Shown here: positions 45,489-58,279 of the stretch, piece after piece
Layout: each line of letters starts with the position of its first letter
Numbering within the stretch: the first letter of the stretch is position 1
NCBI GenBank assembly: GCA_950097015.1
Contig: CATNEN010000034.1
Coordinates: 4,960,001-5,024,000, forward strand
DNA from: Macrostomum hystrix
Taxonomy: Eukaryota > Animalia > Platyhelminthes
Direction of reading: 5' to 3'
Length of the DNA: 64,000 nt
Made by a program: the position numbers and the translations under genes
Notes under the pieces: model-generated
Told to the model about the DNA's origin: nothing
Databases searched by the model: none
What the model saw: only the letters and a program-made list of their open reading frames with translations

Positions 45489-48151
45489 TCAGCCCTCAGC
45501 ATCAACAACGTCGGCAAGTTGTTCAGCTTCCTCGTCTCGAGCTTGCGTCTTCTCGTCGTCCGCCTCGGCGATGTCCTCCTCGCATACGGACCGCCTTCGC
45601 TGCAGCATGCGCCGCCTCTTTAACAACTGGCCGCCGACATTTCCGGCTTCGTCTGCGGTTTCGACTTTCCTCTGCGGCTGAGCCAGCGAGAAGCCGGTCA
45701 GCGTGTCTTCGGCCTCTTCGTCGTCGTCTTCGCAGCCGTATCGACGCCTCAGGTAGACCTCCCACAGTCGGCCGACAATCTCCGTGCAGATGACGTCGCC
45801 GGAGTTTAGCGCGATCATCTTCAACAGGAAGGTGCCGTCGTGTCGCAGGAAGTCGCGAATGAACCGATTAATATCGCGCTTGTCGACTGACGGCGATGGG
45901 TCGGCCAGTTTCAGGTAGCTCCTGACAAACTGGGCCCGCTTTCTCACTAGCAGAACTCGGGCCACCCACACTGGCAGGCTGAGCAGTGTCAGAGATGTGG
46001 TGATGATCACCCAGAACCAAAGGAAGATGTAGATCTTCTCGTTGATCATGTTGATTGGCAGGGTGCACTGCGAGTAGATGTAGTTCCCGCCGCCTGGCGA
46101 GCGGTAGTAAACGGCGCACGCGCCAACTCGCGGGAAGATCATCGTCTGAGTCCAGTCGCGACCTTGACGCAGATTCTGCAGAACCGCGGCTCCGAAAGCG
46201 AAGTAGGTGGCGTTGAAGCTTAGAAAGGCATGCATCAGGTACAGTTGGCCGACAGCGTTGCCTATGTAGCACACCTTGATGAGGAAATAAGTGAAGATTA
46301 ACCAGTTGCCTAGCCGTTGCGATGGCAACAGACAGCGGAAGGTGCGCCGCAGACGCTCGGCCAAGGCCTGCTTCTGTAGGAGACGTTGATAGGAGCTCAT
46401 TAAATAGGGAATAATAAAAAATGTGGAGGTTTGGCGAAGAGTGACGAGGCTAGAGGAAGAATTTAGAGGGTATGGGAAGAATCCAGAGGATGGGGGAAGA
46501 ATCTCGAGGGTAGGGGAAGAATCTAGAGGGTAGGAGAAGAATCTAGAGCGTTAGGGAACAATCTAGAGGATAGGAGAAGAATCCAGAGGATAGGGGAAGA
46601 ATCTAGAGGGTAGGGGAAGAATCCAGAGGATAGGGGAAGAATCTAGAGTATAGGGGAAGAATCTAGAGGGTAGGGGAAGAATCCAGAGGGTAGGGGAAGA
46701 ATCTAGAGTATAGGGGAAAAATCTAGAGCGTAAGTGAACAATCTAGAGGATAGGAGAAGAATCCAGAGGATAGGGGAAGAATCTAGAGTATAGGGGAAGA
46801 ATCTAGAGGGTAGGGGAAGAATCCAGAGGGTAGGGGAAGAATCTAGAGTATAGGGGAAGAATCTAGAGGGTAGGGGAAGAATCCAGAGGGTAGGGGAAGA
46901 ATCTAGAGTATAGGGGAAGAATCTAGAGCGTAAGTGAACAATCTAGAGGATAGGAGAAGAATCCAGAGGATAGGGGAAGAATCTAGAGGGTAGGGGAAGA
47001 ATCTAGAGGATAGGGGAAGAATGTAGAGGGTAGGGGAAAAATCCAGAGGGTAGGGGAAGAATCTAGAGGGTAGGGGAAGAATCTAGAGTAGAGGGTAGGG
47101 TAGGAATGCAGAGGGTAGGGGAAGAATCCAGAGGGTAGGGGAAGAATCTAGAGGATAGGGGAAGAATCTAGAGGGTAGGGGAGGAATGCAGAGGTTTAGG
47201 AAAGAATCTGTATGATTGGCGAGTAACGTTGCTGTTGAGAAGGCCGGCAGTTCCTGGTCCTTACCCGCATTTCGCCGGCACACTTGTGCTTCTTGGTGTG
47301 CTGAAACAGCAGCTGTTCAAGCCGACGGCTCACGTGCTGAACCAGTTTGGCGTGCTTCTCGCCGTCCGCTGTCACAGCATCGTTGGCGGTGCGAATGATG
47401 TGGCCAATGTCTGTGCCGGCCCTATTATAGCTCATCATGCCCCACAGAACCCTGGGTAGGTAGAACATCAGCGACTGCAGGCCTAGTACAAACGGCACCC
47501 ACTGGTAATAGACAATGCGATGCTCGCGATAGGGCAATATGGGATCCGGCTGGCTGTTGTCGATGTGAAACTCGGTGATCGGCACCGCGAAGGTGCCTGT
47601 TGGGGGTAAATGATAAAGTTTCTAGCTATTCACCTCACCATTGTCCCTTAATATCCATCACATACCCCAGCCGCTGAGTTCCGCTCTGTAATCCCGTACC
47701 CCAGTCTTTGTAGTCCCGTTCTCTACTCAGTATTCCCATAAACCAGTCTTTGTAATCCCACACCCCAGTCTTTGTAATCCCGCACCCCAGTCTTTGTAAT
47801 CCCGTACTTTACTCAGTATTCCCATTAACCAGTCTTTGTAATCCCGTACTCTACTCAGTATTCCCATATCCCAGCCTCTCAGTTCCAGTCAGAATAGCTC
47901 CGCGCATCCTCACCCTCTGTCCAGCAGTAGTTGTTGACATACTGTTCCTGCCCAGCGTGAGCTCCAATTTCGTTTGGAATGTAGCAGGCCACAGGAGACA
48001 GCACGTAGGTCTTGAGCGTGACTGTGGTGCAGCACACAAGCAGCAGAATGACGGTCACCTCGAAGTTCAAACGATCCGAGAAGTCTTCAACGCCGGCATA
48101 GGTAACCAGCTGTAGTTTGGTGAACTTGTCGAATATCTCGGCCGCCGCCAT
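45489..48151 (-). CDS. inx: Innexin (invertebrate gap-junction protein), 3 exons, ~484 aa
   Basis: Exons 48151-47914, 47596-47265 and 46373-45489 (1455 nt, phases consistent). Motifs VEDFSDRL, ACY..NNYCW, YYQWVPF, FYLPRVLW, FPRVGAC and CTLPINMINEKIYIFLWFW. Confidence 0.95.
46445..47192. repeat. 21-bp purine-rich minisatellite (GAAGAATCTAGAGGGTAGGGG), innexin intron 2
   Basis: Tandem periodicity; fills most of intron 46374-47264. Confidence 0.95.
47685..47870. repeat. Short degenerate CCAGTCTTTGTAATCCC repeats, innexin intron 1
   Basis: About 5-6 imperfect copies. Confidence 0.75.
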
Positions 48152-48710
48152 GTCGCATACTGAATAAGGGAGAATTATCCCGCTTCCTAGTCTTTGCGCA
48201 TTTCCTGCACTCTCTTGTACCCTGGCGCCAGTTTTGTAGCTATTTCTGGAAAGAGAGGCAACTGCGCTCTTTCTTCCCATTTCGCGGTTCGCCGTCCAAT
48301 CCTCCCTCACACCCCCACCCCAGAAAGTGGGATCAGCGCTCCCCAATCCCTAAATCCCCGATCCCAAGCATACAGTGCAGCAAGCCATCCTAAATCCAAA
48401 TGCTGTTTTGTTTGTCCCACTCTCTGGTAAACAATGTCTGCGCGAGTATTTCTCTGTGTTTGTGGTTGTGTACATTGACTACCAGCATTTACTTGAGGTC
48501 GATAACAACTACTGGACTCCAGTGGCTGTTGAAGGGTTCTTTAAAAAGTGTATATTCTGTGCAAAAGCACACACTTTTGCGTCAAAGTTCATCAATAATT
48601 CTGAGTGACACAGCCCTGTCAGCCATAGGATAAATAGATTTTGTCGGCAAGATGCTACGATAAAGTTCGCAGGTTTATTTGTTCTAGAAGGTGTCACGCT
48701 GACTGTAATC

Positions 48711-50463
48711 ATTCTTGACCGGAAAGTACATTCTTGACTGGAAAGTAAATTCTTGACTGGAAAGTACATTCGTGACCGGAAAGTATATTCTTGACTGGAA
48801 AGTACATTCTTGACTGGAAAGACTAAACGAATGAGGACAGGCTGGATGAAGACAGACTGAATGAAGACAGACTGGATGAAGACAGACTGAATGAAGACAG
48901 ACTGAATGAAGACAGACTGAATAAATGAAGACAGGCTGACTAAATGAAGACATACTGAATGAAGACAGACTTAATGAAGACACGCTGAATGAATGAAGAC
49001 AGACTGAATGAAGACATACTGAATGAAGACAGACTAAATGAAGACAGACTGAATGAAGACACGCTGAATGAAGACATACTGAATGAAGACAGACCGAATG
49101 AAGACAGACTGAATGAAGACAGACTAAATGAAGACAGACTGAATGAACACAGACTAAATGAACACAGACTGAATGAAGACAGACTAAATGAAGACATACT
49201 GAATGAAGACAGACTGAATGAAGACAGACTAAATGAAGACAGACTGAATGAACACAGACTGAATGAACACAGACTGAATGAAGACAGACTGAATGAAGAC
49301 AGACTAAATGAAGACAGACTGAATGAAGACAGACTGAATGAATACAGACTGAATGAACACAGACTGAATGAATACAGACTGAATGAACACAGACTGAATG
49401 AATACAGACTGAATGAACACAGACTGAATGAACACAGACTGAATGAACACAGACTGAATGAATACAGACTGAATGAATACAGACTGAATGAACACAGACT
49501 GAATGAATACAGACTGAATGAACACAGACTGAATGAACACAGACTGAATGAATACAGACTGAATGAACACAGACTGAATGAATACAGACTGAATGAACAC
49601 AGACTGAATGAACACAGACTGAATGAACACAGACTGAATGAACACAGACTGAATGAACACAGACTGAATGAACACAGACTGAATGAAGACAGACTGAATG
49701 AAGACAGACTGAATGAAGACAGACTGAATGAACACAGACTGAATGAATACAGACTGAATGAACAAAGACTGAATGAATACAGACTGAATGAACACAGACT
49801 GAATGAACACAGACTGAATGAATACAGACTGAATGAACACAGACTGAATGAACACAGACTGAATGAACACAGACTGAATGAACACAGACTGAATGAACAC
49901 AGACTGAATGAATACAGACTGAATGAACACAGACTGAATGAATACAGACTGAATGAACACAGACTGAATGAACACAGACTGAATGAATACAGACTGAATG
50001 AACACAGACTGAATGAACACAGACTGAATGAACACAGACTGAATGAACACAGACTGAATGAACACAGACTGAATGAACACAGACTGAATGAACACAGACT
50101 GAATGAAGACAGACTGAATGAACACAGACTGAATGAATACAGACTGAATGAACAAAGACTGAATGAATACAGACTGAATGAACACAGACTGAATGAACAC
50201 AGACTGAATGAATACAGACTGAATGAACACAGACTGAATGAACACAGACTGAATGAACACAGACTGAATGAACACAGACTGAATGAATACAGACTGAATG
50301 AACACAGACTGAATGAACACAGACTGAATGAACACAGACTGAATGAATACAGACTGAATGAACACAGACTGAATGAACACAGACTGAATGAACACAGACT
50401 GAATGAACACAGACTGAATGAACACAGACTGAATGAATACAGACTGAATGAACACAGACTGAA
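48711..50463. repeat. 19-bp repeat (6 copies, 48711-48822) followed by a 15-bp minisatellite (GAATGAACACAGACT), ~109 copies
   Basis: Tandem periodicity; lies between the divergent innexin and gene X starts. Confidence 0.95.
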
Positions 50464-50591
50464 TAGTCCGAGTCATGTTAGTGCTTTCCCTCCAAGTTCT
50501 ATTATTTCAATGCGATTCGAAATTGACAACGCGTATTCCTTCTGTGTTTGCGAGGTCCGCCAAGACTGCTAAAAACAGGATTTCTCTAGCC

Positions 50592-53009
50592 ATGCAAACG
50601 TGGAAGCAGTTCATTCGACCAGGTTCACATGACCTTCGTTGGACTGCTGTGTGGAGGCATTGTGACATTTTGTTTACCTGCACGGGAAGGTAGGAGTTTT
50701 GACTATCAGGCAGAATGAATCGAAAATTAAATGTCAGAAACGTTTTATGAGCTAAAAATCCTGTCCAGAAAAAACTTCGTACAGCACTATCAAGAGTCTA
50801 TCACGAATCTACGAAAATCTAAGAGGAAACTATCAAGAATCTAGGAGAATCTACGAGAAAACAATCAAGAATCTACGAGAATCTACGAGGAGACAATCAA
50901 GAGTCAATCACGAATCTACGAGAATCTAAGAGGAAACTATCAAGAATCCACGAGAATCTACGAGGAAACTATCTAGAATCTACGAGGAAACTATCTAGAA
51001 TCTACAAGGAAACTATCAAGAATCTACGAGGAAACTATCAAGAATCCACGAGAATCTACGAGGAAACTATTAAGAATCTACGAGGAAACTATCTAGAATC
51101 CACGAGGAAACTATTAAGAATCTACGAGGAAACTATCTAGAATCTACAAGGAAACTATCTAGAATCTACAAGGAAACTATCTAGAATCTACGAGGAAACT
51201 ATCTAGAATCTACGATGAAACTATCAAGAATCTACAAGGAAACTATCTAGAACCTACGATGAAACTATCAAGAATCTACAAGGAAACTATCTAGAATCTA
51301 CGAGGAAACTATCTAGAATCTACAAGGAAACTATCAAGAATCTACGAGGATCTTCGAGGAAACTATCTAGAATCTATGAGGAAACTATCAAGAATCTATG
51401 AGAATCTACGAGGAAACTATCAAGAATCTACGAGGAAACTATCAAGAATCTATGAGAATCTACGAGGAAACTATCAAGAATCTATGAGGAAACTATCAAG
51501 AATCGACAAGGAAACTATGAGAATCTACGAGGAAACTATCTAGAATCTACGAGGAAACTATCTAGAATCTACGAGGAAACTATCTAGAATCTACGAGGAA
51601 ACTATCAAGAATCTACAAGGAAACTATCAAGAATCTACGAGGATCTACGAGGAAACTATCTAGAATCTACGAGGAAACTATCTAGAATCTACGAGGAAAC
51701 TATCAAGAATCTACAAGGAAACTATCAAGAATCTACGAGGATCTACGAGGAAACTATCTAGAATCTACGAGGAAACTATCTAGAATCTACGAGGAAACTA
51801 TCTAGAATCTACAAGGAAACTATCAAGAATCTACGAGGATCTACGAGGAAACTATCTAGAATCTACGAGGAAACTATCTAGAATCTACGAGGAAACTATC
51901 AAGAATCTACAAGGAAACTATCAAGAATCTACGAGGATCTACGAGGAAACTATCTAGAATCTACGAGGAAACTATCTAGAATCTACGAGGAAACTATCTA
52001 GAATCTACAAGGAAACTATCAAGAATCTACGAGGATCTACGAGGAAACTATCAAGAATCTATGAGAATCTACGAGGAAACTATCAAGAATCTATGAGAAT
52101 CTACGAGGAAACTATCAAGAATCTATGAGAATCTACGAGGAAACTATCAAGAATCTATGAGAATCTACGAGGAAACTATCAAGGATCTACGAGAATCTAC
52201 ATGGAAACTATCTAGAATCTACGAGGAAACTATCTAGAATCTACGATAGATTCACGATAGAATCTGCGATAGAATCTAGAATCTATCGCAAGCAAAACAG
52301 CTTGCGATAATATAGTAAAATCAGATTTTTATCCAGATCACATTCAAATCAGTCTACTATGAGTAGCCTTTGGTACTTCAATGAGATTCTCTCTTTTTAC
52401 TTCTTAGGTTCACCCAGCTGATTTTTGAAGCGCAATTCACCAGCCAGACGGTGAAAAGTGAGCCAGACAGTCGACTGGCTCCTCAGAATGACGACGATGG
52501 CGAAAGAGGCTTCCCAAGGCAGCGGCGTCCGTTCGGCAACCTCGGATTTTCCGGTCGCAACACGGAGGCTGACACGGCGGCCGATCGCTTCAAGAATCCC
52601 TTGCGCGGCGTTACAAACGGTCGAGTGAAGCGATCATTCAGTTTCCATGGCAACAGTGGCAGTAGCGGTGGATTTAGAATTTCTGAAGCATTTTCTGCGA
52701 AGATTAAGGGCAGAAATCCGTAAGAGTTTTTTGTGTAAAACTTGGTGCACATTTTTAGAGCATTTCAAATTAGTTTTGTGAAGAAAATATTATTTTAGTC
52801 AATGCTGCAGTAGTAGCAGCAGAGTTGGCGGCCGCGACGCCGCAGGTTTTGAAGCTCAAACTACCGAGGCCACGAGTACAAGCAGTTCGCAGCCGACCAG
52901 CGAGTTCCGTTGGGGTGGCTGGAGAACCGGCCGAGCGGCTGTTAGCAGCAGGGCTCAGCAGGACTGCGACATTGACAGGTGCATGCGGGAGGGCAACGCC
53001 GAGCGCTGA
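50592..53009 (+). CDS. Uncharacterised protein (gene X), 3 exons, ~206 aa
   Basis: Exons 50592-50689, 52408-52719 and 52799-53009 (621 nt). Donors AG|GTAGGA and CC|GTAAGA, acceptors TTCTTAG and ATTTTAG; all phase 2 and in frame. Reads MQTWKQFIRPGSHDLRWTAVWRHCDILFTCTGRFTQLIFEAQF... Confidence 0.65.
50795..52260 (+). repeat. 22/32-bp satellite (AAGAATCTACGAGGAAACTATC +/- GAGAATCTAC), variant set S1, gene X intron 1
   Basis: Tandem periodicity with TCTAGA/ACAAGG variants. Confidence 0.95.
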
Positions 53010-53442
53010 TGCCGCTGAAGTACGAGGACACAAGACTCTGAAGGAAACTTGTCGATGGAGTCACATTTAAAGTAAAAAAATACTTTTAACAGTAGAAAGA
53101 CCTCGATTCGCTCGCCTCGGACCATTAAACGCAGCCTCAGACTTTCTAACCACAGAATGCCAATTAAGCAGCCACTATCATATACTTGAAAGAACTTTGT
53201 ATTTTTTATATCTTTCTAACGCTTTTACGTTTCTCTTTGTGGCGCTTATGTTTTTAGCGTGCTTGGCAATTTTATTTCTGTTTTAACGTCTAAACATTCG
53301 GCGCTATATTTGTTCCAAAGAGCGTTAGAATTAACTTTAATTAGAAAACAAAAAAACCCGACGCGAGAAACTTTTTCGTACTATAAACTTTGAAAATCGG
53401 ATCCTTTTGTGATTGCTATTCCATACCGCGTCAAAAAGTGCC

Positions 53443-56400
53443 TTCTCGTAGATTCTCATAGATTCTTGATAGTTTCCTCGTAGATTATCATAGATTCTTG
53501 ATAGTTTCCTCGTAGATTCTCATAGATTCTTGATAGTTTCCTCGTAGATTCTCATAGATTCTTAATAGTTTCCTCGTAGATTCTCATAGATTCTCGATAG
53601 TTTCCTCGTAGATTCTCATAGATTCTTGATAGTTTCCTCGTAGATTCTCATAGATTCTTGATAGTTTCCTCATAGATTCTTGATAGTTTCCATGTAGATT
53701 CTCGTAGATTCTTGATAGTTTCCATGTAGATTCTCGTAGATTCTTGATAGTTTCCATGTAGATTCTCGTAGATTCTTGATAGTTTCCATGTAGATTCTCG
53801 TAGATTCTTGATAGTTTCCATGTAGATTCTTGATAGTTTCCTCGTAGATTCTTGATAGTTTCCTCGTAGATTCTCATAGATTCTTGATAGTTTCCTCATA
53901 GATTCTTGATAGTTTCCGTGTAGATTCTCGTAGATTCTTGATAGTTTCCATGTAGATTCTCGTAGATTCTTGATAGTTTCCATGTAGATTCTCGTAGATT
54001 CTTGATAGTTTCCATGTAGATTCTCGTAGATTCTTGATAGTTTCCATGTAGATTCTCGTAGATTCTTGATAGTTTCCATGTAGATTCTCGTAGATTCTTG
54101 ATAGTTTCCATGTAGATTCTCGTAGATTCTTGATAGTTTCCATGTAGATTCTCGTAGATTCTTGATAGTTTCCATGTAGATTCTCGTAGATTCTTGATAG
54201 TTTCCATGTAGATTCTTGATAGTTTCCTCGTAGATTCTTGATAGTTTCCTCGTAGATTCTCATAGATTCTTGATAGTTTCCTCATAGATTCTTGATAGTT
54301 TCCATGTAGATTCTCGTAGATTCTTGATAGTTTCCATGTAGATTCTCGTAGATTCTTGATAGTTTCCATGTAGATTCTCGTAGATTCTTGATAGTTTCCA
54401 TGTAGATTCTCGTAGATTCTTGATAGTTTCCTCGTAGATTCTCGTAGATTCTTGATAGTTTCCATGTAGATTCTCGTAGATTCTTGATAGTTTCCATGTA
54501 GATTCTCGTAGATTCTTGATAGTTTCCATGTAGATTCTCGTAGATTCTTGATAGTTTCCATGTAGATTCTTGATAGTTTCCTCGTAGATTCTTGATAGTT
54601 TCCTCGTAGATTCTCATAGATTCTTGATAGTTTCCTCATAGATTCTTGATAGTTTCCATGTAGATTCTCGTAGATTCTTGATAGTTTCCATGTAGATTCT
54701 CGTAGATTCTTGATAGTTTCCATGTAGATTCTCGTAGATTCTTGATAGTTTCCATGTAGATTCTTGATAGTTTCCTCGTAGATTCTTGATAGTTTCCTCG
54801 TAGATTCTCATAGATTCTTGATAGTTTCCTCATAGATTCTTGATAGTTTCCATGTAGATTCTCGTAGATTCTTGATAGTTTCCTCGTAGATTCTCGTAGA
54901 TTCTTGATAGTTTCCATGTAGATTCTCGTAGATTCTTGATAGTTTCCATGTAGATTCTCGTAGATTCTTGATAGTTTCCATGTAGATTCTCGTAGATTCT
55001 TGATAGTTTCCATGTAGATTCTCGTAGATTCTTGATAGTTTCCATGAAGATTCTCGTAGATTCTTGATAGTTTCCATGTAGATTCTTGATAGTTTCCTCG
55101 TAATTTTCTTGATAGTTTCCTCGTAGATTCTCATAGATTCTTGATAGTTTCCTCGTAGATTCTTGATAGTTTCCTCGTAGATTCTCATACATTTTTGATA
55201 GTTTCCTCATAGATTCTAGATAGTTTCCTCGTAGATCCTCGTAGATTCTTGATAGTTTCCTTGTAGATTCTAGATAGTTTCCTCGTAGATTCTAGATAGT
55301 TTCCTCGTAGATTCTAGATAGTTTCCTCGTAGATCCTCGTAGATTCTTGATAGTTTCCTCGTAGATTCTTGATAGTTTCCTCGTAGATTCTAGATAGTTT
55401 CCTCGTAGATTCTAGATAGTTTCCTCGTAGATTCTAGATAGTTTCCTCGTAGATTCTAGATAGTTTCCATGTAGATTCTCGTAGATCCTTGATAGTTTCC
55501 TCGTAGATTCTCATAGATTCTTGATAGTTTCCTCGTAGATTCTCATAGATTCTTGATAGTTTCCTCGTAGATTCTCATAGATTCTTGATAGTTTCCTCGT
55601 AGATTCTCATAGATTCTTGATAGTTTCCTCGTAGATCCTCGTAGATTCTTGATAGTTTCCTTGTAGATTCTAGATAGTTTCCTCGTAGATTCTAGATAGT
55701 TTCCTCGTAGATTCTAGATAGTTTCCTCGTAGATCCTCGTAGATTCTTGATAGTTTCCTTGTAGATTCTTGATAGTTTCCTCGTAGATTCTAGATAGTTT
55801 CCTCGTAGATTCTAGATAGTTTCCTCGTAGATCCTCGTAGATTCTTGATAGTTTCCTTGTAGATTCTTGATAGTTTCCTCGTAGATTCTAGATAGTTTCC
55901 TCGTAGATTCTAGATAGTTTCCTCGTAGATCCTCGTAGATTCTTGATAGTTTCCTTGTAGATTCTAGATAGTTTCCTCGTAGATTCTAGATAGTTTCCTC
56001 GTAGATTCTAGATAGTTTCCTCGTAGATCCTCGTAGATTCTTGATAGTTTCCTTGTAGATTCTTGATAGTTTCCTCGTAGATTCTAGATAGTTTCCTCGT
56101 AGATTCTAGATAGTTTCCTCGTAGATCCTCGTAGATTCTTGATAGTTTCCTTGTAGATTCTTGATAGTTTCCTCGTAGATTCTAGATAGTTTCCTCGTAG
56201 ATTCTAGATAGTTTCCTCGTAGATTCTAGATAGTTTCCTCGTAGATTCTCATAGTTTCCTTGTCGATTCTTGATAGTTTCCTCATAGATCCTTGATAGTT
56301 TCCTCGTAGATTCTCATAGATTCTTGATAGTTTCCTCGTAGATTCTTGATAGTTTCCTCGTAGATTCTTGATAGTTTCCTCGTAGATTCTCATAGATTCT

Positions 56401-56482
56401 TGATAGTTTCCTCATCGATTCTAGATAGTTTCCTCGAAGATCCTCGTAGATTCTTGATAGTTTCCTTGTAGATTCTAGATAG
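53443..56482 (-). repeat. Same 22/32-bp satellite in inverted orientation (S2-type 53443-~55190, then S1-type ~55200-56482)
   Basis: Reverse-complement marker variants: TAATTTTCTT (~55101) corresponds to AAGAAAATTA (~60453); TGTCGATTCT (~56270) corresponds to AGAATCGACA (~51500). Confidence 0.93.
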
Positions 56483-56764
56483 TTAGAAGGACTATCTAGA
56501 TTCTTAGGGGAAGAATTTAGAGGGTAGGGGAAGAATGTAGAGGGTAGGGGAAGAATCTAGAGGGTAGGGGAAGAATTTAGAGGGTAGGGGAAGAATGTAG
56601 CGGGTAGGGGAAGAATCTAGAGGGTAGGAGAAGAATCTAGAGGGTAGGGGAAGAATCTAGAGGATAGGGTAGGAATGCAGAGGGTAGGGGAAGAATCCAG
56701 AGGGTAGGGGAAGAATCTAGAGGATAGGGGAAGAATCTAGAGGGTAGGGGAGGAATGCAGAGGT

Positions 56765-57720
56765 TTAGGAAAGAATCTGTATGATTGGCGAGTAACGTTG
56801 CTGTTGAGAAGGCCGGCAGTTCCTGGTCCTTACCCGCATTTCGCCGGCACACTTGTGCTTCTTGGTGTGCTGAAACAGCAGCTGTTCAAGCCGACGGCTC
56901 ACGTGCTGAACCAGTTTGGCGTGCTTCTCGCCGTCCGCTGTCACAGCATCGTTGGCGGTGCGAATGATGTGGCCAATGTCTGTGCCGGCCCTATTATAGC
57001 TCATCATGCCCCACAGAACCCTGGGTAGGTAGAACATCAGCGACTGCAGGCCTAGTACAAACGGCACCCACTGGTAATAGACAATGCGATGCTCGCGATA
57101 GGGCAATATGGGATCCGGCTGGCTGTTGTCGATGTGAAACTCGGTGATCGGCACCGCGAAGGTGCCTGTTGGGGGTAAATGATAAAGTTTCTAGCTATTC
57201 ACCTCACCATTGTCCCTTAATATCCATCACATACCCCAGCCGCTGAGTTCCGCTCTGTAATCCCGTACCCCAGTCTTTGTAGTCCCGTTCTCTACTCAGT
57301 ATTCCCATAAACCAGTCTTTGTAATCCCACACCCCAGTCTTTGTAATCCCGCACCCCAGTCTTTGTAATCCCGTACTTTACTCAGTATTCCCATTAACCA
57401 GTCTTTGTAATCCCGTACTCTACTCAGTATTCCCATATCCCAGCCTCTCAGTTCCAGTCAGAATAGCTCCGCGCATCCTCACCCTCTGTCCAGCAGTAGT
57501 TGTTGACATACTGTTCCTGCCCAGCGTGAGCTCCAATTTCGTTTGGAATGTAGCAGGCCACAGGAGACAGCACGTAGGTCTTGAGCGTGACTGTGGTGCA
57601 GCACACAAGCAGCAGAATGACGGTCACCTCGAAGTTCAAACGATCCGAGAAGTCTTCAACGCCGGCATAGGTAACCAGCTGTAGTTTGGTGAACTTGTCG
57701 AATATCTCGGCCGCCGCCAT
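56765..57720 (-). pseudogene. inx: 5' partial duplicate of innexin (exons 1-2 only: 57720-57483, 57165-56834)
   Basis: Matches copy 1 exons 1-2. Exon 3 is absent from the duplicate, and read-through of the donor stops at 56765. Confidence 0.8.
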
Positions 57721-58279
57721 GTCGCATACTGAATAAGGGAGAATTATCCCGCTTCCTAGTCTTTGCGCATTTCCTGCACTCTCTTGTACCCTGGCGCCAG
57801 TTTTGTAGCTATTTCTGGAAAGAGAGGCAACTGCGCTCTTTCTTCCCATTTCGCGGTTCGCCGTCCAATCCTCCCTCACACCCCCACCCCAGAAAGTGGG
57901 ATCAGCGCTCCCCAATCCCTAAATCCCCGATCCCAAGCATACAGTGCAGCAAGCCATCCTAAATCCAAATGCTGTTTTGTTTGTCCCACTCTCTGGTAAA
58001 CAATGTCTGCGCGAGTATTTCTCTGTGTTTGTGGTTGTGTACATTGACTACCAGCATTTACTTGAGGTCGATAACAACTACTGGACTCCAGTGGCTGTTG
58101 AAGGGTTCTTTAAAAAGTGTATATTCTGTGCAAAAGCACACACTTTTGCGTCAAAGTTCATCAATAATTCTGAGTGACACAGCCCTGTCAGCCATAGGAT
58201 AAATAGATTTTGTCGGCAAGATGCTACGATAAAGTTCGCAGGTTTATTTGTTCTAGAAGGTGTCACGCTGACTGTAATC

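Noticed and set aside
44914-45793. ORFs 44914-45234(-), 45267-45623(+), 45404-45793(+)
   Set aside because: They lie in or antisense to the innexin last exon and 3' region, have no recognisable features, and are expected shadows of GC-rich coding DNA.
47879-48346. 65-aa N-terminal extension of innexin (MGSADPTF...)
   Set aside because: Innexin homology starts at MAAAEIFDK (48151), which is preceded by an acceptor-like TTATTCAG.
48989-50572. NEHRL / QSVFI repeat ORFs (also 58558-59931)
   Set aside because: A 15-bp minisatellite open on both strands; its length differs freely between the duplicates.
14624-52407. Rule that intronic arrays are always oriented with one strand bias relative to transcription
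   Set aside because: Counter-examples exist: the 44-bp Rab array and the two oppositely oriented arrays in the ankyrin gene.
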